DNA from: Chloroflexota bacterium
GTDB lineage: Bacteria; Chloroflexota; UBA11872
Direction: 5' to 3'
NCBI GenBank assembly: GCA_028874315.1
Contig: JAPPKM010000097.1
Location: 64,532-128,531 of the forward strand
DNA length: 64,000 bases
Made by a program: the position numbers and the translations under genes. This document shows, piece after piece, positions 21,398 through 31,528 of this stretch. The first letter of the stretch is position 1, and every line of letters begins with the position of its first letter. The notes beneath the pieces were generated by a model. That model did not search any database. It worked only from the letters and a program-made list of their open reading frames with translations, and was not told the DNA's origin.

Positions 21398-21907
21398 ATG
21401 AACGATTCGAGAACGTCGACCTGCGATGACGCCCTGCTCGACGCGCTGCGATGCAACCTGAGCCTGTTGCACGAATTGACGTTGCGCTACGGCGTCGAAA
21501 CCCGCCCAGACCCAACGGACGACCGACGGCCCGTCATCAGTGGCCCCGATGACGTGCAGCGCCTGCTGGGGCCCGAGATGGCGGGCCTGGCCCAGGAGCA
21601 GGTGCGGGTGCTGCTCCTTGATACCGCGCACCGCGTCGTCGGTCAGCGGGTGATTTACCAGGGGAACGTGCGGGCCGTGTTGGTTCGCCCCGCCGAAGTG
21701 CTGCGGCCGGCGGTCGCGGCAGCTATTCCCCGCCTGATCGTCTGTCACAACCACCCCAGCGGTGACCCGACGCCGAGCGCCGAAGACACAGCGCTGACGC
21801 GGGCGCTCGTCGGCGCGGCCGATCTGCTCGGGATCCAGCTGCTCGATCACGTGATTCTCGGCGGTGCCCGAGCGTTCAGCATGCAGGAGCACGGCCTGAT
21901 GCCGTGA
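21398..21907 (+). CDS. RadC-like JAB/MPN domain protein
   Basis: JAMM signature 'CHNHPSGDPTPSAED'; the RadC family is typical of mobile elements. Confidence 0.75.
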   Translation: MNDSRTSTCDDALLDALRCNLSLLHELTLRYGVETRPDPTDDRRPVISGPDDVQRLLGPEMAGLAQEQVRVLLLDTAHRVVGQRVIYQGNVRAVLVRPAEVLRPAVAAAIPRLIVCHNHPSGDPTPSAEDTALTRALVGAADLLGIQLLDHVILGGARAFSMQEHGLMP

Positions 21908-22237
21908 CCGCCGGATCCGGTCCGGTTTCGGGCGACGCGCCTGTCCGCGCAGTCGACATAACGCAGCACCCCAGAGCCGCGATTGCGTAAACGGAAACCA
22001 ACGCGTAGTCGTCCGCGTCGACGCCGGCAGATGCCGGCTTCGGAGTGGTCGGCGATCCCGAGGCGCAGTTCGCTTGCTCGGGCCACATACCGGCGCTGGC
22101 ATCTGGGCACGACCGAGTCTCTCGAGCCAGTAGGCCCAGCCCGGATTCAAAAGACGCGAGCCAGCGGCTCTTCGACATCCAGTTCCGGTTGATGCGCACA
22201 GAGTCATCCCGGAAACCAATCCAAAGGTGGCTACTTC

Positions 22238-23373
22238 ATGGCTTCGATTCAACGTGTACGACGTGGAGCGTGGCGTGTTCGGGTGTACGAAGGTCGCGAC
22301 GACAGCGGCCGCAAACGCTATCGATCGCGCACCGTGAGAGTCACGCGTAGGGACGCTCAACGCGTGGCTTCGAATCTTCATCTGGAGGTTGAACTCGGCG
22401 TCGCAGCGAGCGGTGGCCGGGCATCGCTAGCCGAGTACCTGCGAAATCGCTGGCTGCCCCATGTGCGCCTACATCGGCGACCCAACACGTATGCCCGGTA
22501 TGCGGGCATCGTGACCCGCTGCATCACAGCGATGTCGGTCGACTGCCGCTGCGACGCGTGTCCCCTGTCGATGTCCAGGGCTTGTGCGATCGCGCGCTGG
22601 CGCAGGGTTTCGCGCCGGCGACGGTGCATCTGATTCACGCGGTTGTACAGAAGGCCCTAGCACAGGCGGTCACCTGGCAGTTGGTGCCGCGCAATGCAGC
22701 AACGCACGTCGAACTGCCACGTATTCCCCAGCGCACGATTGCTGTGCTGGACCGTGCAGCAGTCCGGCGGCTCTTTGAGACGAACGAGTCGCGGCCGGTC
22801 TATCCGCTGCTGGTGCTTGCGGTGCTAGGCGGACTGAGGCGCGGCGAACTCCTAGGCTTGAGCTGGGCGGATGTTGACTTTGACCGGGAATGCGTCATCG
22901 TGCGACGGAGCTTGACGCAATTGCCCGGCCGCGGGCTCGTTTCGGGACCGACGAAGACCCATCAAGAGCGTCGCGTAGACGTAGGCCCACTTGGTCTGGA
23001 GACCCTACGGCAACAGCGGGCGCGACGGATCGCTCAGCAGCGTCGTGACGAGGGCGACGAGTCCGACCGAGGCCTTGTATTCGCCAATGATGAGGGCAGG
23101 CCACTGCAGTTCAGTACGGTCCATCGGTGGATCAAGGCAGCATTCGAGCGAGCAGGCCTACCCCCAACGATGCGGTTGCACGACCTGCGCCACACACACG
23201 CATCTCTGCTCTTGGCGAGGGGGCACTCACTCCCTGTAGTGAGTGAGCGGCTGGGCCATCGCACCAAGACGACGACCGCAAACCTCTATGCCCACGCACT
23301 GCCGACCTCCCAGCGTGCGGCGGCGCAGGACTTAGACGCCTATCTGGCGGGTCCCGAGATGCCTCCTGGATGA
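22238..23373 (+). CDS. Tyrosine recombinase/integrase, frameshifted near 22525-22545
   Basis: N-terminal SAM-like region is in frame 2 ('...YARYAGIVTRCI'). The rest is in frame 1: 'LPLRRVSPVDVQGL', then the catalytic domain 'LRRGELLGLSWADVD...HDLRHTHASLLLARG...LGHRTKTTTANLYAH'. Confidence 0.7.
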
Positions 23374-23387
23374 CATAGGAGTTGGTC

Positions 23388-23560
23388 AACTCCCATCCCA
23401 CCGGTTGTGCGTCAGCCCGGTGGGATGGAAGGGGGCGTTCGGTTGTCACTCGCGATTCTTCGGCTCGCGGCGACCAAATCTCTACGGACGTGTTCAAGTG
23501 CGGCCGAAGAATCGCGGTCGCGCCGACGTCTCTGAGCCGTTGCGGCCTGGGTGTTGGGTG
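23388..23560 (+). other. Two long hairpins between the integrase and the low-GC island (12-bp and 14-bp perfect stems)
   Basis: 'CCCATCCCACCGG-12nt-CCGGTGGGATGG' and 'CGCGATTCTTCGGC-~47nt-GCCGAAGAATCGCG'. Confidence 0.5.
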
Positions 23561-24093
23561 GCGGATCGCTGCCACCTACAGCGAAATCGATGTCGACAGG
23601 CCGACACTCGCAACGGGCCACTGGAGTCTGCGAGAGAGGAACGGGATCGGCGGAGCCCTCAGTGACGTATGTCGGACGAAGGGTCGGCGTCCAGTAACGG
23701 GGCCCTACCGTAGGTCGGAGGCTCCGGCGGCTAAGGCCGCCTGCCTCGGTGCAGGCGCAGTGAGCGGGAGTTCTTGAGGGCATTGCGCCGCACAGACGGG
23801 CGTCGCAATTCGCGGCACCGTGTGTGCTTGCGGTTTAGGGGTCTGCACGGGCTCGGTGGGCCTGCGCTTTCTGAAGGCCAGGTCCCTTCCCTACATGAAC
23901 GGGTACACTTCCTGCTCCTAGGAGGCGTCAGTCCGCAGGAGCGACTATGACGGGGAGTGCATTTCGTGAGTTTGGCGCTTTGGATCCTTCGAGTCTTGCG
24001 GTGTGCGCGAAGCGCCAATTGAGAACCCTCGTGAGCCAATAGCCCCATCTTCTACTCTTCGAACCTCAGTTCGACTCCATAGGCGCCTAGTCA

Positions 24094-26424
24094 ATGAGCT
24101 TGTTCGGCCTGATTGGGAGAATCCTCGGGCGTCGGGGGCCTAGTCAGCAGACTCTAAATACTTCCGAGAGTGCTACGAACGCACCTGCGCATCGTTCGAG
24201 AGGATCAGTTGCCCGTCGTCCAGCCTCCGTTGCTGATCGCTTTCCCCCAGCCGACCGCCCTAGACAACGACGACCTAGGCGGATCGGGTCGACAAGGCGA
24301 AAGGCACGTGCCAAGGCCAAATCATGGGTTCCAGCGGGCAAGCGAGTCCGGGTCCAAGGCCGAAACCTGCCAAACGGCATGCTGTACGTGGGATCAAGTC
24401 TAGCTGGAGCGTCTCCTTATGCGTCTACGGAACCGGCATTGATTGATCCGCGACTGGCTGTTGACAATGGATTTCCTGACGTTGACGGGCGAGAAATGGG
24501 CTATTGGCCATCGTACAGTGAAATATCACCGTCCTCACGTGCAGCGTACCTGGATTGGCTCGCTGCAGGTCGTCCAGGCGGTGCCCACATCGGATACGTA
24601 TTTCTGTTCTTCTATGGAATTGAACGACGAATCCTGTTTGACATCGGAGAGATCCGGCGAGGAGACGAAGAAGTCCAAACCTTGGTAGCCGAGGTAACCC
24701 GATTACTCAGCCTGTATCGGCACAACAGATCATTCAATCGATACGCAAGCGAATTTCTCGCACTCGTAAGGTTTTTGGCGCCGGACTTTGACTACAAGGA
24801 CTTGGATCCGCCTCGAGCCAAACCCGGGTGGGATCTTCCGTTTGATCTTAAGATTGGTCTCGGTTACATAGTTGCCTCCGGAGATCCTTTGCCTGCCTCT
24901 TGGGCGCTATCCTGGCTTCGGCTGTATCCGGATACTTCGCTTAGAACGGCAGCTCGGAGGTGCGAACGAGAATTCGATGATCTATTCGAGATTCGATATC
25001 ACGAGACTTTCGGATCTGGGTTGATTGTGCGACGCAACAAGACGCCGCTGTCATTTTCGTATCAACCTGCTAGTTCGAGCTTCGATTCACTTGTCAACGT
25101 GCAGGCGGATCAGCTGCCTGATGTCGGTCGACTGAGTAGACCAGTGCGCCAACTGCAGAGGCTAGCGGAGTCTGTCACCGACGAGTTAGATCAATACAGC
25201 CGGTGGGTGGGACGTCACGGCGAGCGCGACAGTCTCGGCGCCATAGCACTATTGCCACTGGAACTTGTCGGAGCGCGTCAGTCCGAGGAGCTCCAACGCC
25301 TCCGTGACAAGATTGACGCGGCTCTCGATGGCGACGAAACAGCAACCGTACTGACAAGTGAAATCACTGATGGCTTTCCGAGTCGAAAGCCAGGGGTGCT
25401 GACTGCGAAGGAGGCGGCTGCGTTTGCAGGTCTATTGGATGCACTAGGGGTAGGACTGGTGCCCGATATTCGCTATTCGAAAGTCAACTTCAGTAATCAC
25501 AGGTGTGTAGCGATCTTTCGGAGTGCTGACCGGCATGGGCGGCCGACCGATAAGTTTCTTGCAGCATCAGTTCTGCTTCAACTGGGCGCCGCAGTAGGCG
25601 CGGCTGACGGCACCGTGACGGCAGCTGAAGAGGAGCTCTTGGCAACACATCTCGAACAGGCCTTGGAGCTACCTCTGGTAGACCGTACGCGTCTACGGGC
25701 GTATTTGCAATGGCTCTTGCAAGAGCCGCCGAAGCTGAACAGGATGAGATCGCGAATACGGCTGCTAGATGAATCAGACCGCAGCCTTGTTGCGCGGTTT
25801 GTAATTTCTGTCGCGGGCGCCGATGGCAGTGTGGGCTCAGATGAGATCAAGGTCTTGACGCGCATATACAAACTCATTGGACTCAAGTCCGAGCAGCTGC
25901 ATCGCGATATCCACGAACTGAGCGCTGGTCCTTCGACACAGCCAGTTACGGTGATTCAGCCGGATGAATCGTCAGCATACAAGGTTCCAACGCCGCCGGA
26001 AGCCTATGTGGAGAAGGCTGACAGAGTTGAGTTGGATCCGGAGCGCGTTGCTGAGATCATAAGATCGACGCGCGAAGTTTCGGACCTGTTGACGGAGATT
26101 TTCGAGGAGGTCGCCGAGCACGAGGCCTTTGTGCCTCACGACGGTAGCAGGGGACCCGACGAGGAGATTCCGGCTGCGAAGGCCATAGTCGCAGAACTCA
26201 TGGATCCGGCTCAGGCTGAACTCGTTCAGATCTTGGCAAAGCGTCAGAACTGGTCGCGCAGCGAATTTGAACATGCGGCGACCCAGATTGGGCTAATGCC
26301 CGCGGGCGCAATGGAAATGATCAACGACATCGCGTTTCAATGTTGTGACGAACCACTCCTTGAGGGAGACGAGGTGCTTGAAGTGAACGAGTTTGCGCTT
26401 AAGGAGTTGCTGAGTGACACGTAA
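24094..26424 (+). CDS. TerB-N / TerB-C domain protein, SngA-like (Shango-type system component)
   Basis: 'WPSYSEISPSSRAAYLDWLAAG' TerB-N-like region and 'ELVQILAKRQNWSRSEFEHAATQIGLMPAGAMEMINDIAF' TerB-C-like C-terminus; first of three co-oriented genes in the low-GC island. Confidence 0.65.
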   Translation: MSLFGLIGRILGRRGPSQQTLNTSESATNAPAHRSRGSVARRPASVADRFPPADRPRQRRPRRIGSTRRKARAKAKSWVPAGKRVRVQGRNLPNGMLYVGSSLAGASPYASTEPALIDPRLAVDNGFPDVDGREMGYWPSYSEISPSSRAAYLDWLAAGRPGGAHIGYVFLFFYGIERRILFDIGEIRRGDEEVQTLVAEVTRLLSLYRHNRSFNRYASEFLALVRFLAPDFDYKDLDPPRAKPGWDLPFDLKIGLGYIVASGDPLPASWALSWLRLYPDTSLRTAARRCEREFDDLFEIRYHETFGSGLIVRRNKTPLSFSYQPASSSFDSLVNVQADQLPDVGRLSRPVRQLQRLAESVTDELDQYSRWVGRHGERDSLGAIALLPLELVGARQSEELQRLRDKIDAALDGDETATVLTSEITDGFPSRKPGVLTAKEAAAFAGLLDALGVGLVPDIRYSKVNFSNHRCVAIFRSADRHGRPTDKFLAASVLLQLGAAVGAADGTVTAAEEELLATHLEQALELPLVDRTRLRAYLQWLLQEPPKLNRMRSRIRLLDESDRSLVARFVISVAGADGSVGSDEIKVLTRIYKLIGLKSEQLHRDIHELSAGPSTQPVTVIQPDESSAYKVPTPPEAYVEKADRVELDPERVAEIIRSTREVSDLLTEIFEEVAEHEAFVPHDGSRGPDEEIPAAKAIVAELMDPAQAELVQILAKRQNWSRSEFEHAATQIGLMPAGAMEMINDIAFQCCDEPLLEGDEVLEVNEFALKELLSDT

Positions 26425-27736
26425 CACAAGGATCAGGCCGCGGGATCGCGACGCGATTCTGCAGTCGCTTGCAGCAGGGGTTGTCCCGCGAAGGGGTCTG
26501 CAACACATTCAGGTCGGGCGGGCAAACGAAGTATCGGCGCTCCTTCGCGATGTCGATCGCGTAATAGATGGTGGCTCTGCCATTCGATTTGTCATAGGCG
26601 AGTATGGCAGTGGCAAGAGCTTTTTTTTGCACCTGATTCGGACGACCGCACTCGAGAAGCAATTGGTCACCATGCACGCCGACCTCACCCCTGACCGCCG
26701 CATCTATGCAACTGGTGGCCAAGCTCGGAGCTTGTATACGGAACTCGCGCGCAATCTCAGCACTCGGACAAGTCCCGATGGAGGCGGGCTGCCCTCGGTG
26801 GTTGAGCGCTTCATTGGCGAAGCGCAGAACGAAGCTCGCGACGCGAGGGTCGAAGTCGATGAGGTCATACATGAGCGGTTGGCCACCCTGTCTGAACTTG
26901 TCGGAGGGTATGACTTTGCGACTGTCGTTGCTGCATATTGGCGGGGACACAATGAGGGGCTTGTTGACCTGAGGTCTTCGGCCGTGCGATGGCTACGAGG
27001 CGAATACTCGACGAGGACGGATGCACGTCGCGATCTCGGCGTTCGCACGATCGTTGATGACGACAACGTTTATGATCGGCTGAAACTATTGGCGCGATTC
27101 GTCCATCTCGCTGGTTACGGCGGGCTAATCGTTGCGCTGGATGAGCTGGTGAATCTCTACAAGCTCGCAAACACGCGGGCTCGGAATAGCAATTATGAAC
27201 AGATTCTTCGAATCATCAATGATTGTCTTCAAGGCTCAGTTGCACATCTTGGCTTCATATTGGCAGGCACGCCCGAGTTCCTCACCGACACCCGCCGAGG
27301 ACTATATAGCTATGAGGCTCTGCAGAGCAGACTGAGTGAGAACATGTTTGCATCGAGTAGTGTGAGAGATTTCTCTGGTCCCGTCTTGCGCCTGGCTAAT
27401 CTCACTGCTGAGGAACTGTTTGTCGTCCTCACGAAACTCCGAGATGTGCATGCAAGCGGCGAGGCGTCGGCAGATGCCTTGCCAGATCAAGCTCTGCATT
27501 CGTTCATGGAACACTGTTCGCGGAGAGTTGGCGATGCGTACTTTCGGACCCCTAGAACGACTATTCGAGCGTTTGTTCAGTTGTTGGCCATCCTCGAACA
27601 GAATCCGGATTCGTCGTGGCCGGATTTGGTCGGCCAAATTGACGTTGAGCGAGATGTCGGTCCGCCGATTGACAGTGTGGCCGGCAGCGCCTCAATCAGT
27701 GCGTCGGACGACGAGCTTGCTTCCTTCCGTCTGTAG
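26414..27736 (+). CDS. P-loop ATPase, SngB-like (Shango-type system component)
   Basis: Walker A 'VIGEYGSGKSFFL'; Walker B 'LIVALDE'; 11-nt overlap with the upstream TerB gene. Confidence 0.65.
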   Translation: MTRNTRIRPRDRDAILQSLAAGVVPRRGLQHIQVGRANEVSALLRDVDRVIDGGSAIRFVIGEYGSGKSFFLHLIRTTALEKQLVTMHADLTPDRRIYATGGQARSLYTELARNLSTRTSPDGGGLPSVVERFIGEAQNEARDARVEVDEVIHERLATLSELVGGYDFATVVAAYWRGHNEGLVDLRSSAVRWLRGEYSTRTDARRDLGVRTIVDDDNVYDRLKLLARFVHLAGYGGLIVALDELVNLYKLANTRARNSNYEQILRIINDCLQGSVAHLGFILAGTPEFLTDTRRGLYSYEALQSRLSENMFASSSVRDFSGPVLRLANLTAEELFVVLTKLRDVHASGEASADALPDQALHSFMEHCSRRVGDAYFRTPRTTIRAFVQLLAILEQNPDSSWPDLVGQIDVERDVGPPIDSVAGSASISASDDELASFRL

Positions 27737-27759
27737 CGACTGCAATAGTCTGTACGCTT

Positions 27760-30015
27760 GTGTCTAGAGATCCGTCTTCTGCGTTTGAATTGTTGAATCC
27801 ATCAGTGCAGCGATGGATTTGGCGTGAGCGATGGAACGATCTCCAGGACATCCAGGAACAGTCGATTGCCCCGATTCTGCGTGGGCGTGACGTGCTCATC
27901 TCGTCGCCAACTGCGTCGGGAAAGACAGAAGCGGCGTTTCTACCGATCTGTACCGCAGTCGCTGACACAGCCGGAGATGCATTGAGTGTCATTTACATTT
28001 CGCCCCTCAAAGCACTGATCAACGACCAAGTACTTCGGCTCAATGATCTCTTTGGAAGTATCGATACCGTGGCTACGCCTTGGCACGGTGACATTCCGGC
28101 GCATGTCAAACGACGACTCTTGGAACGACCCAGAGGTGCTTTGCTCATTACTCCCGAGTCCCTAGAAGCCTTGTTCGTACGGCGCGGGACAGCGATTCCC
28201 CGCTTAGTGGCGCATCTTCAGTTCATCGTAGTCGACGAACTACACGCCTTCATTGGTGCTGAGCGCGGTCGACAGCTTCAGTCGCTGATGCATCGCCTTG
28301 AGATTGCTGCACATGGGCCCGTCGCACGCATAGGGCTTTCGGCGACGTTGGGCGATCCGGGACTAGCATCAGAGTTTCTGCGCCCTGGTCGCGGTGAACA
28401 TGTCAAGCGAATCACGTCCCATGTGCGGAACCGCGAAGTACGCATGCAGGTTCGAGGCTACCGACGTGTTCGAGCTTCGTTGTCAAACGGTTCCGCGAAC
28501 CGGCCTCAGGCGGATTTGCACACAGATGTCGGGGCAACAGAACCTGCGACTGCAGATGACAATGACATAGCGCGACACCTCTTTGAAACGTTACGCGGAT
28601 ACACGAATCTAGCGTTTGCAAACCGACGAATGGAGGTCGAGCTCTTCGCCGATCTACTACGGCGCGTCTCAGAGCGAGCAAATCTGACGAATGAATTCTG
28701 GCCGCACCACGGATCGCTGGCTCGTGAAATCCGTGAAGCCGCCGAGGAAAAGCTGAGAAGCTCGCGTCCTGCAACTGTGATTGCCACCACGACTCTTGAA
28801 CTTGGGATCGACATTGGTGCTGTTGATTCAATAGCTCAGATAGGACCCCCAAATTCCGTGTCGTCTCTCACTCAGCGACTCGGCCGCTCAGGTCGTAAGC
28901 CGGGCGCGCCATCGTTGATTCGGATTTATGTTCGGGAGCAAGAGATTGACACGAGGACGCCAACGAACGATCAGTTGCGTGTTTCGCTTGTTCAGACAGT
29001 TGCGATGATCAGACTGCTGCTTGAACGGTGGGTCGAGAGTCCACCGCCTGCCTCACTTCATCTGTCGACACTTGTGCAGCAAGTGCTTTCCTTGATAGCT
29101 CAACACGGAGGGTCTCGGGCACCTGAAGCGTATTTGTTGCTCTGTTCGTCCGGACCGTTTGACTCAGTTAGCCAATCCGACTTCGCGCAGTTGTTGAGGG
29201 AAATGGCAAGCCACGAATTGATCACTCAGACTCATGACGGAACAATCGTTCTTGATTTGCCAGGTGAGAGATTGGTGAATCACTACGACTTCTACGCGGC
29301 GTTCACAACACCTGACGAATGGCGACTCATCGCTGGCAGTCGGCTACTTGGCACGCTGCCTATAACGTCTCCTCTAGTAGTTCGGTCTTTCCTTATCTTT
29401 GCCGGTCGCCGCTGGCGAATTGTGCGAATTGACGAACGGCGACGCGAAGTGGGGCTTCAGCATGCGCCCGGAGGTCTAGTCCCACGCTTTGATGGACACG
29501 GGGCACTTATTCACGATCGAGTGCGCGAAGAAATGCGCCGCGTATACATGGACAACGACGTGCCGGCGTATCTAGATGCGACGGGACGTGAGTTGCTTGC
29601 GGAAGGGCGGGATGCATTTTGGCGTTTTGGTCTCGGCAGAGACCCGATCCTGCAGCAAGGAAGAGACACGCGTCTTTATGCTTGGGCTGGCGATCGAATC
29701 TTGAATACTCTGGCCCTGCAATTCCGTTCTCTGGGTGCCAACGTCGCAGTCGAGAGGCCAGCGCTGCTGTTCAGCAATACACCTCGCGAGACTGTTCGCC
29801 AACAGCTATCTGAGCTGGCGTCGGCGGGGCCAGCGGATGCGAGGGACTTAGCGACGTCCGTGGAAAACAAAAGAACTGAGAAGCACCACGTATTCCTGAG
29901 TGATGAACTTCTGTGCTCCGACTATGCATCAGGTCGGCTTGATTCGAACGGAGCCTGGCAAACGATTATGCGAGTTTCGGCTTCTGGCGATGAAGTGTCT
30001 CGGCAGGATGCGTAG
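27760..30015 (+). CDS. Lhr-like DEAD/DEAH-box superfamily-2 helicase, SngC-like
   Basis: 'LISSPTASGKTEAAFLPI' motif I; 'VVDELHAF' motif II; 'GLSATLG' motif III; 'IATTTLELGIDIG' and 'QRLGRSGRK' motifs V/VI; long C-terminal extension as in Lhr. Confidence 0.75.
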   Translation: MSRDPSSAFELLNPSVQRWIWRERWNDLQDIQEQSIAPILRGRDVLISSPTASGKTEAAFLPICTAVADTAGDALSVIYISPLKALINDQVLRLNDLFGSIDTVATPWHGDIPAHVKRRLLERPRGALLITPESLEALFVRRGTAIPRLVAHLQFIVVDELHAFIGAERGRQLQSLMHRLEIAAHGPVARIGLSATLGDPGLASEFLRPGRGEHVKRITSHVRNREVRMQVRGYRRVRASLSNGSANRPQADLHTDVGATEPATADDNDIARHLFETLRGYTNLAFANRRMEVELFADLLRRVSERANLTNEFWPHHGSLAREIREAAEEKLRSSRPATVIATTTLELGIDIGAVDSIAQIGPPNSVSSLTQRLGRSGRKPGAPSLIRIYVREQEIDTRTPTNDQLRVSLVQTVAMIRLLLERWVESPPPASLHLSTLVQQVLSLIAQHGGSRAPEAYLLLCSSGPFDSVSQSDFAQLLREMASHELITQTHDGTIVLDLPGERLVNHYDFYAAFTTPDEWRLIAGSRLLGTLPITSPLVVRSFLIFAGRRWRIVRIDERRREVGLQHAPGGLVPRFDGHGALIHDRVREEMRRVYMDNDVPAYLDATGRELLAEGRDAFWRFGLGRDPILQQGRDTRLYAWAGDRILNTLALQFRSLGANVAVERPALLFSNTPRETVRQQLSELASAGPADARDLATSVENKRTEKHHVFLSDELLCSDYASGRLDSNGAWQTIMRVSASGDEVSRQDA

Positions 30016-31528
30016 AGGAAGACGCTCCAATCGAGAACCCGTTGCGACTCGTATGCGGCGCTAATGCGCGGCAAGTTTCGTCGCCACTTAGGAACGGAAA
30101 GGTGCTGTTGAAAGCTGTTCGGGGTTAGCAACTCATCATTCGCTCGCGTCAGTCCGTGAACGTCCCAGCGCGGACTGATGATGGTTCGGTGAGGTGTTTC
30201 GCGCTACCTTGCACGAGCCTTGCCTGAACGGCCAAGTGCATCTGACTGGACACCAAGTTTGCATTGCTCTAGGCAGATTGGTCCGAATAAGAATCCCTCA
30301 TCCGGGACAGGCTTCCTATTACGAAATAGTCTGGCAGGTCAGGTCTGCGTCAGCCGTGATGGCGTCCCGCGAGACTCTTGCCGGGTTGCGGAGTCCTAAT
30401 GGACTTCGCGCAGTCACTCGGATTGAGCATCCGAGCGGCTCCGGGCGGGTAGCACTGGGGTCTTTGTGACCACGGTGTCCCTCGTCCAGCGGCTCCGATC
30501 GGGACGGCGGTCTATTGCTCGGAACCCACGGAAAAGTGTCATGTACTCTCTGGAACGCTGGGAGCAGCGCCGAAAGACCCGGCGACAGCCGTCGACGCGA
30601 CGCCGCAGGTCGTAATTCGCGCAGCGTCGAGAGCGGGACCTTCCAGGGCTCGCGCGTGGTCGCTCGATTCAGAGGTTCATCGATGAAGTCAAAGCGCTTG
30701 GCTATACAGAGCCGGCCATCACCTAGCTCTTAGAGCTGGTTGACGCGACGGAAGCCGACAGTCTTGCAACCGGCTGGGGCGTCGCCCCTAGGTACTACGA
30801 ACGCCTGGCCATCATCTACCAGGGTCAGAAACAGCTCGAAGATGAAGTCGAGATCCTCGAGCGGTACGAGAGACAAAAGAAAGCGCCAGAACGCGTGCCC
30901 GTCAATCTCGCGGCTCGTCTGCCGCGAGTGAAGGAATTGAACAGCCGCTGATTCATGACGTCTCTACTCGGCGGCGACGGAACGGTGCTCTGGAGGTTCG
31001 TCGCAATTCACGCGCCCTGGTGCTTCTGATCCGCAGAAGTTACCTGTCGCGTGTGTGTTGGCGTATGGCATATCGAGCTTGGCTTTTCGCCGCGAATCCG
31101 TGGCCCCTAGTTCCTGCCGACATTCCGCCGGCGGCGACACAGGACCTATACCACAATCTCCTCACGAGTGAGGATGGCTCCGAGATGGCGGTGGCGGCCG
31201 TCGACTTCCATTTCACCAGATGCGAGATATCTCGGTGGAACGGAAGGGGGACTTCGATTCCGGTCGCTACTTTGCCACCCTGCTGGAAGTGACTCACGCA
31301 AGCGGGTGCGAGATTGGTGTCCCGGGCGCCGAATGTGTGGAGTACAAACCTTAGATGCACGAAATGGAAGGGCAGTACTGTCGACGCTGAGCTGGCGACT
31401 CGTGCTGGTGGATCTCTGTAGACGTGGGAAAATGCCAGCGGTTGGGGTGGGTCGGCGTGTGCGAATCCACCTCGGACCATGCTGCGTTCCGATTCGACAC
31501 TTCAGTTCCGGGGGAGGCAAGTGGCGCA

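Noticed and set aside
17184-22381. Long minus-strand ORFs (17184..18314, 17911..18696, 19550..20938, 21062..22381) that overlap the MoxR, VWA and RadC genes
   Set aside because: Same antisense artefact. There are no motifs, and the sense strand carries Walker, MIDAS and JAMM motifs.
31424-31528. Upstream start (31424) for the RloC-like gene
   Set aside because: The ATG at 31529 is preceded by a GGGGGAGG RBS and begins the conserved 'IRRIRLIRSIGN' segment. The extension has no similarity.
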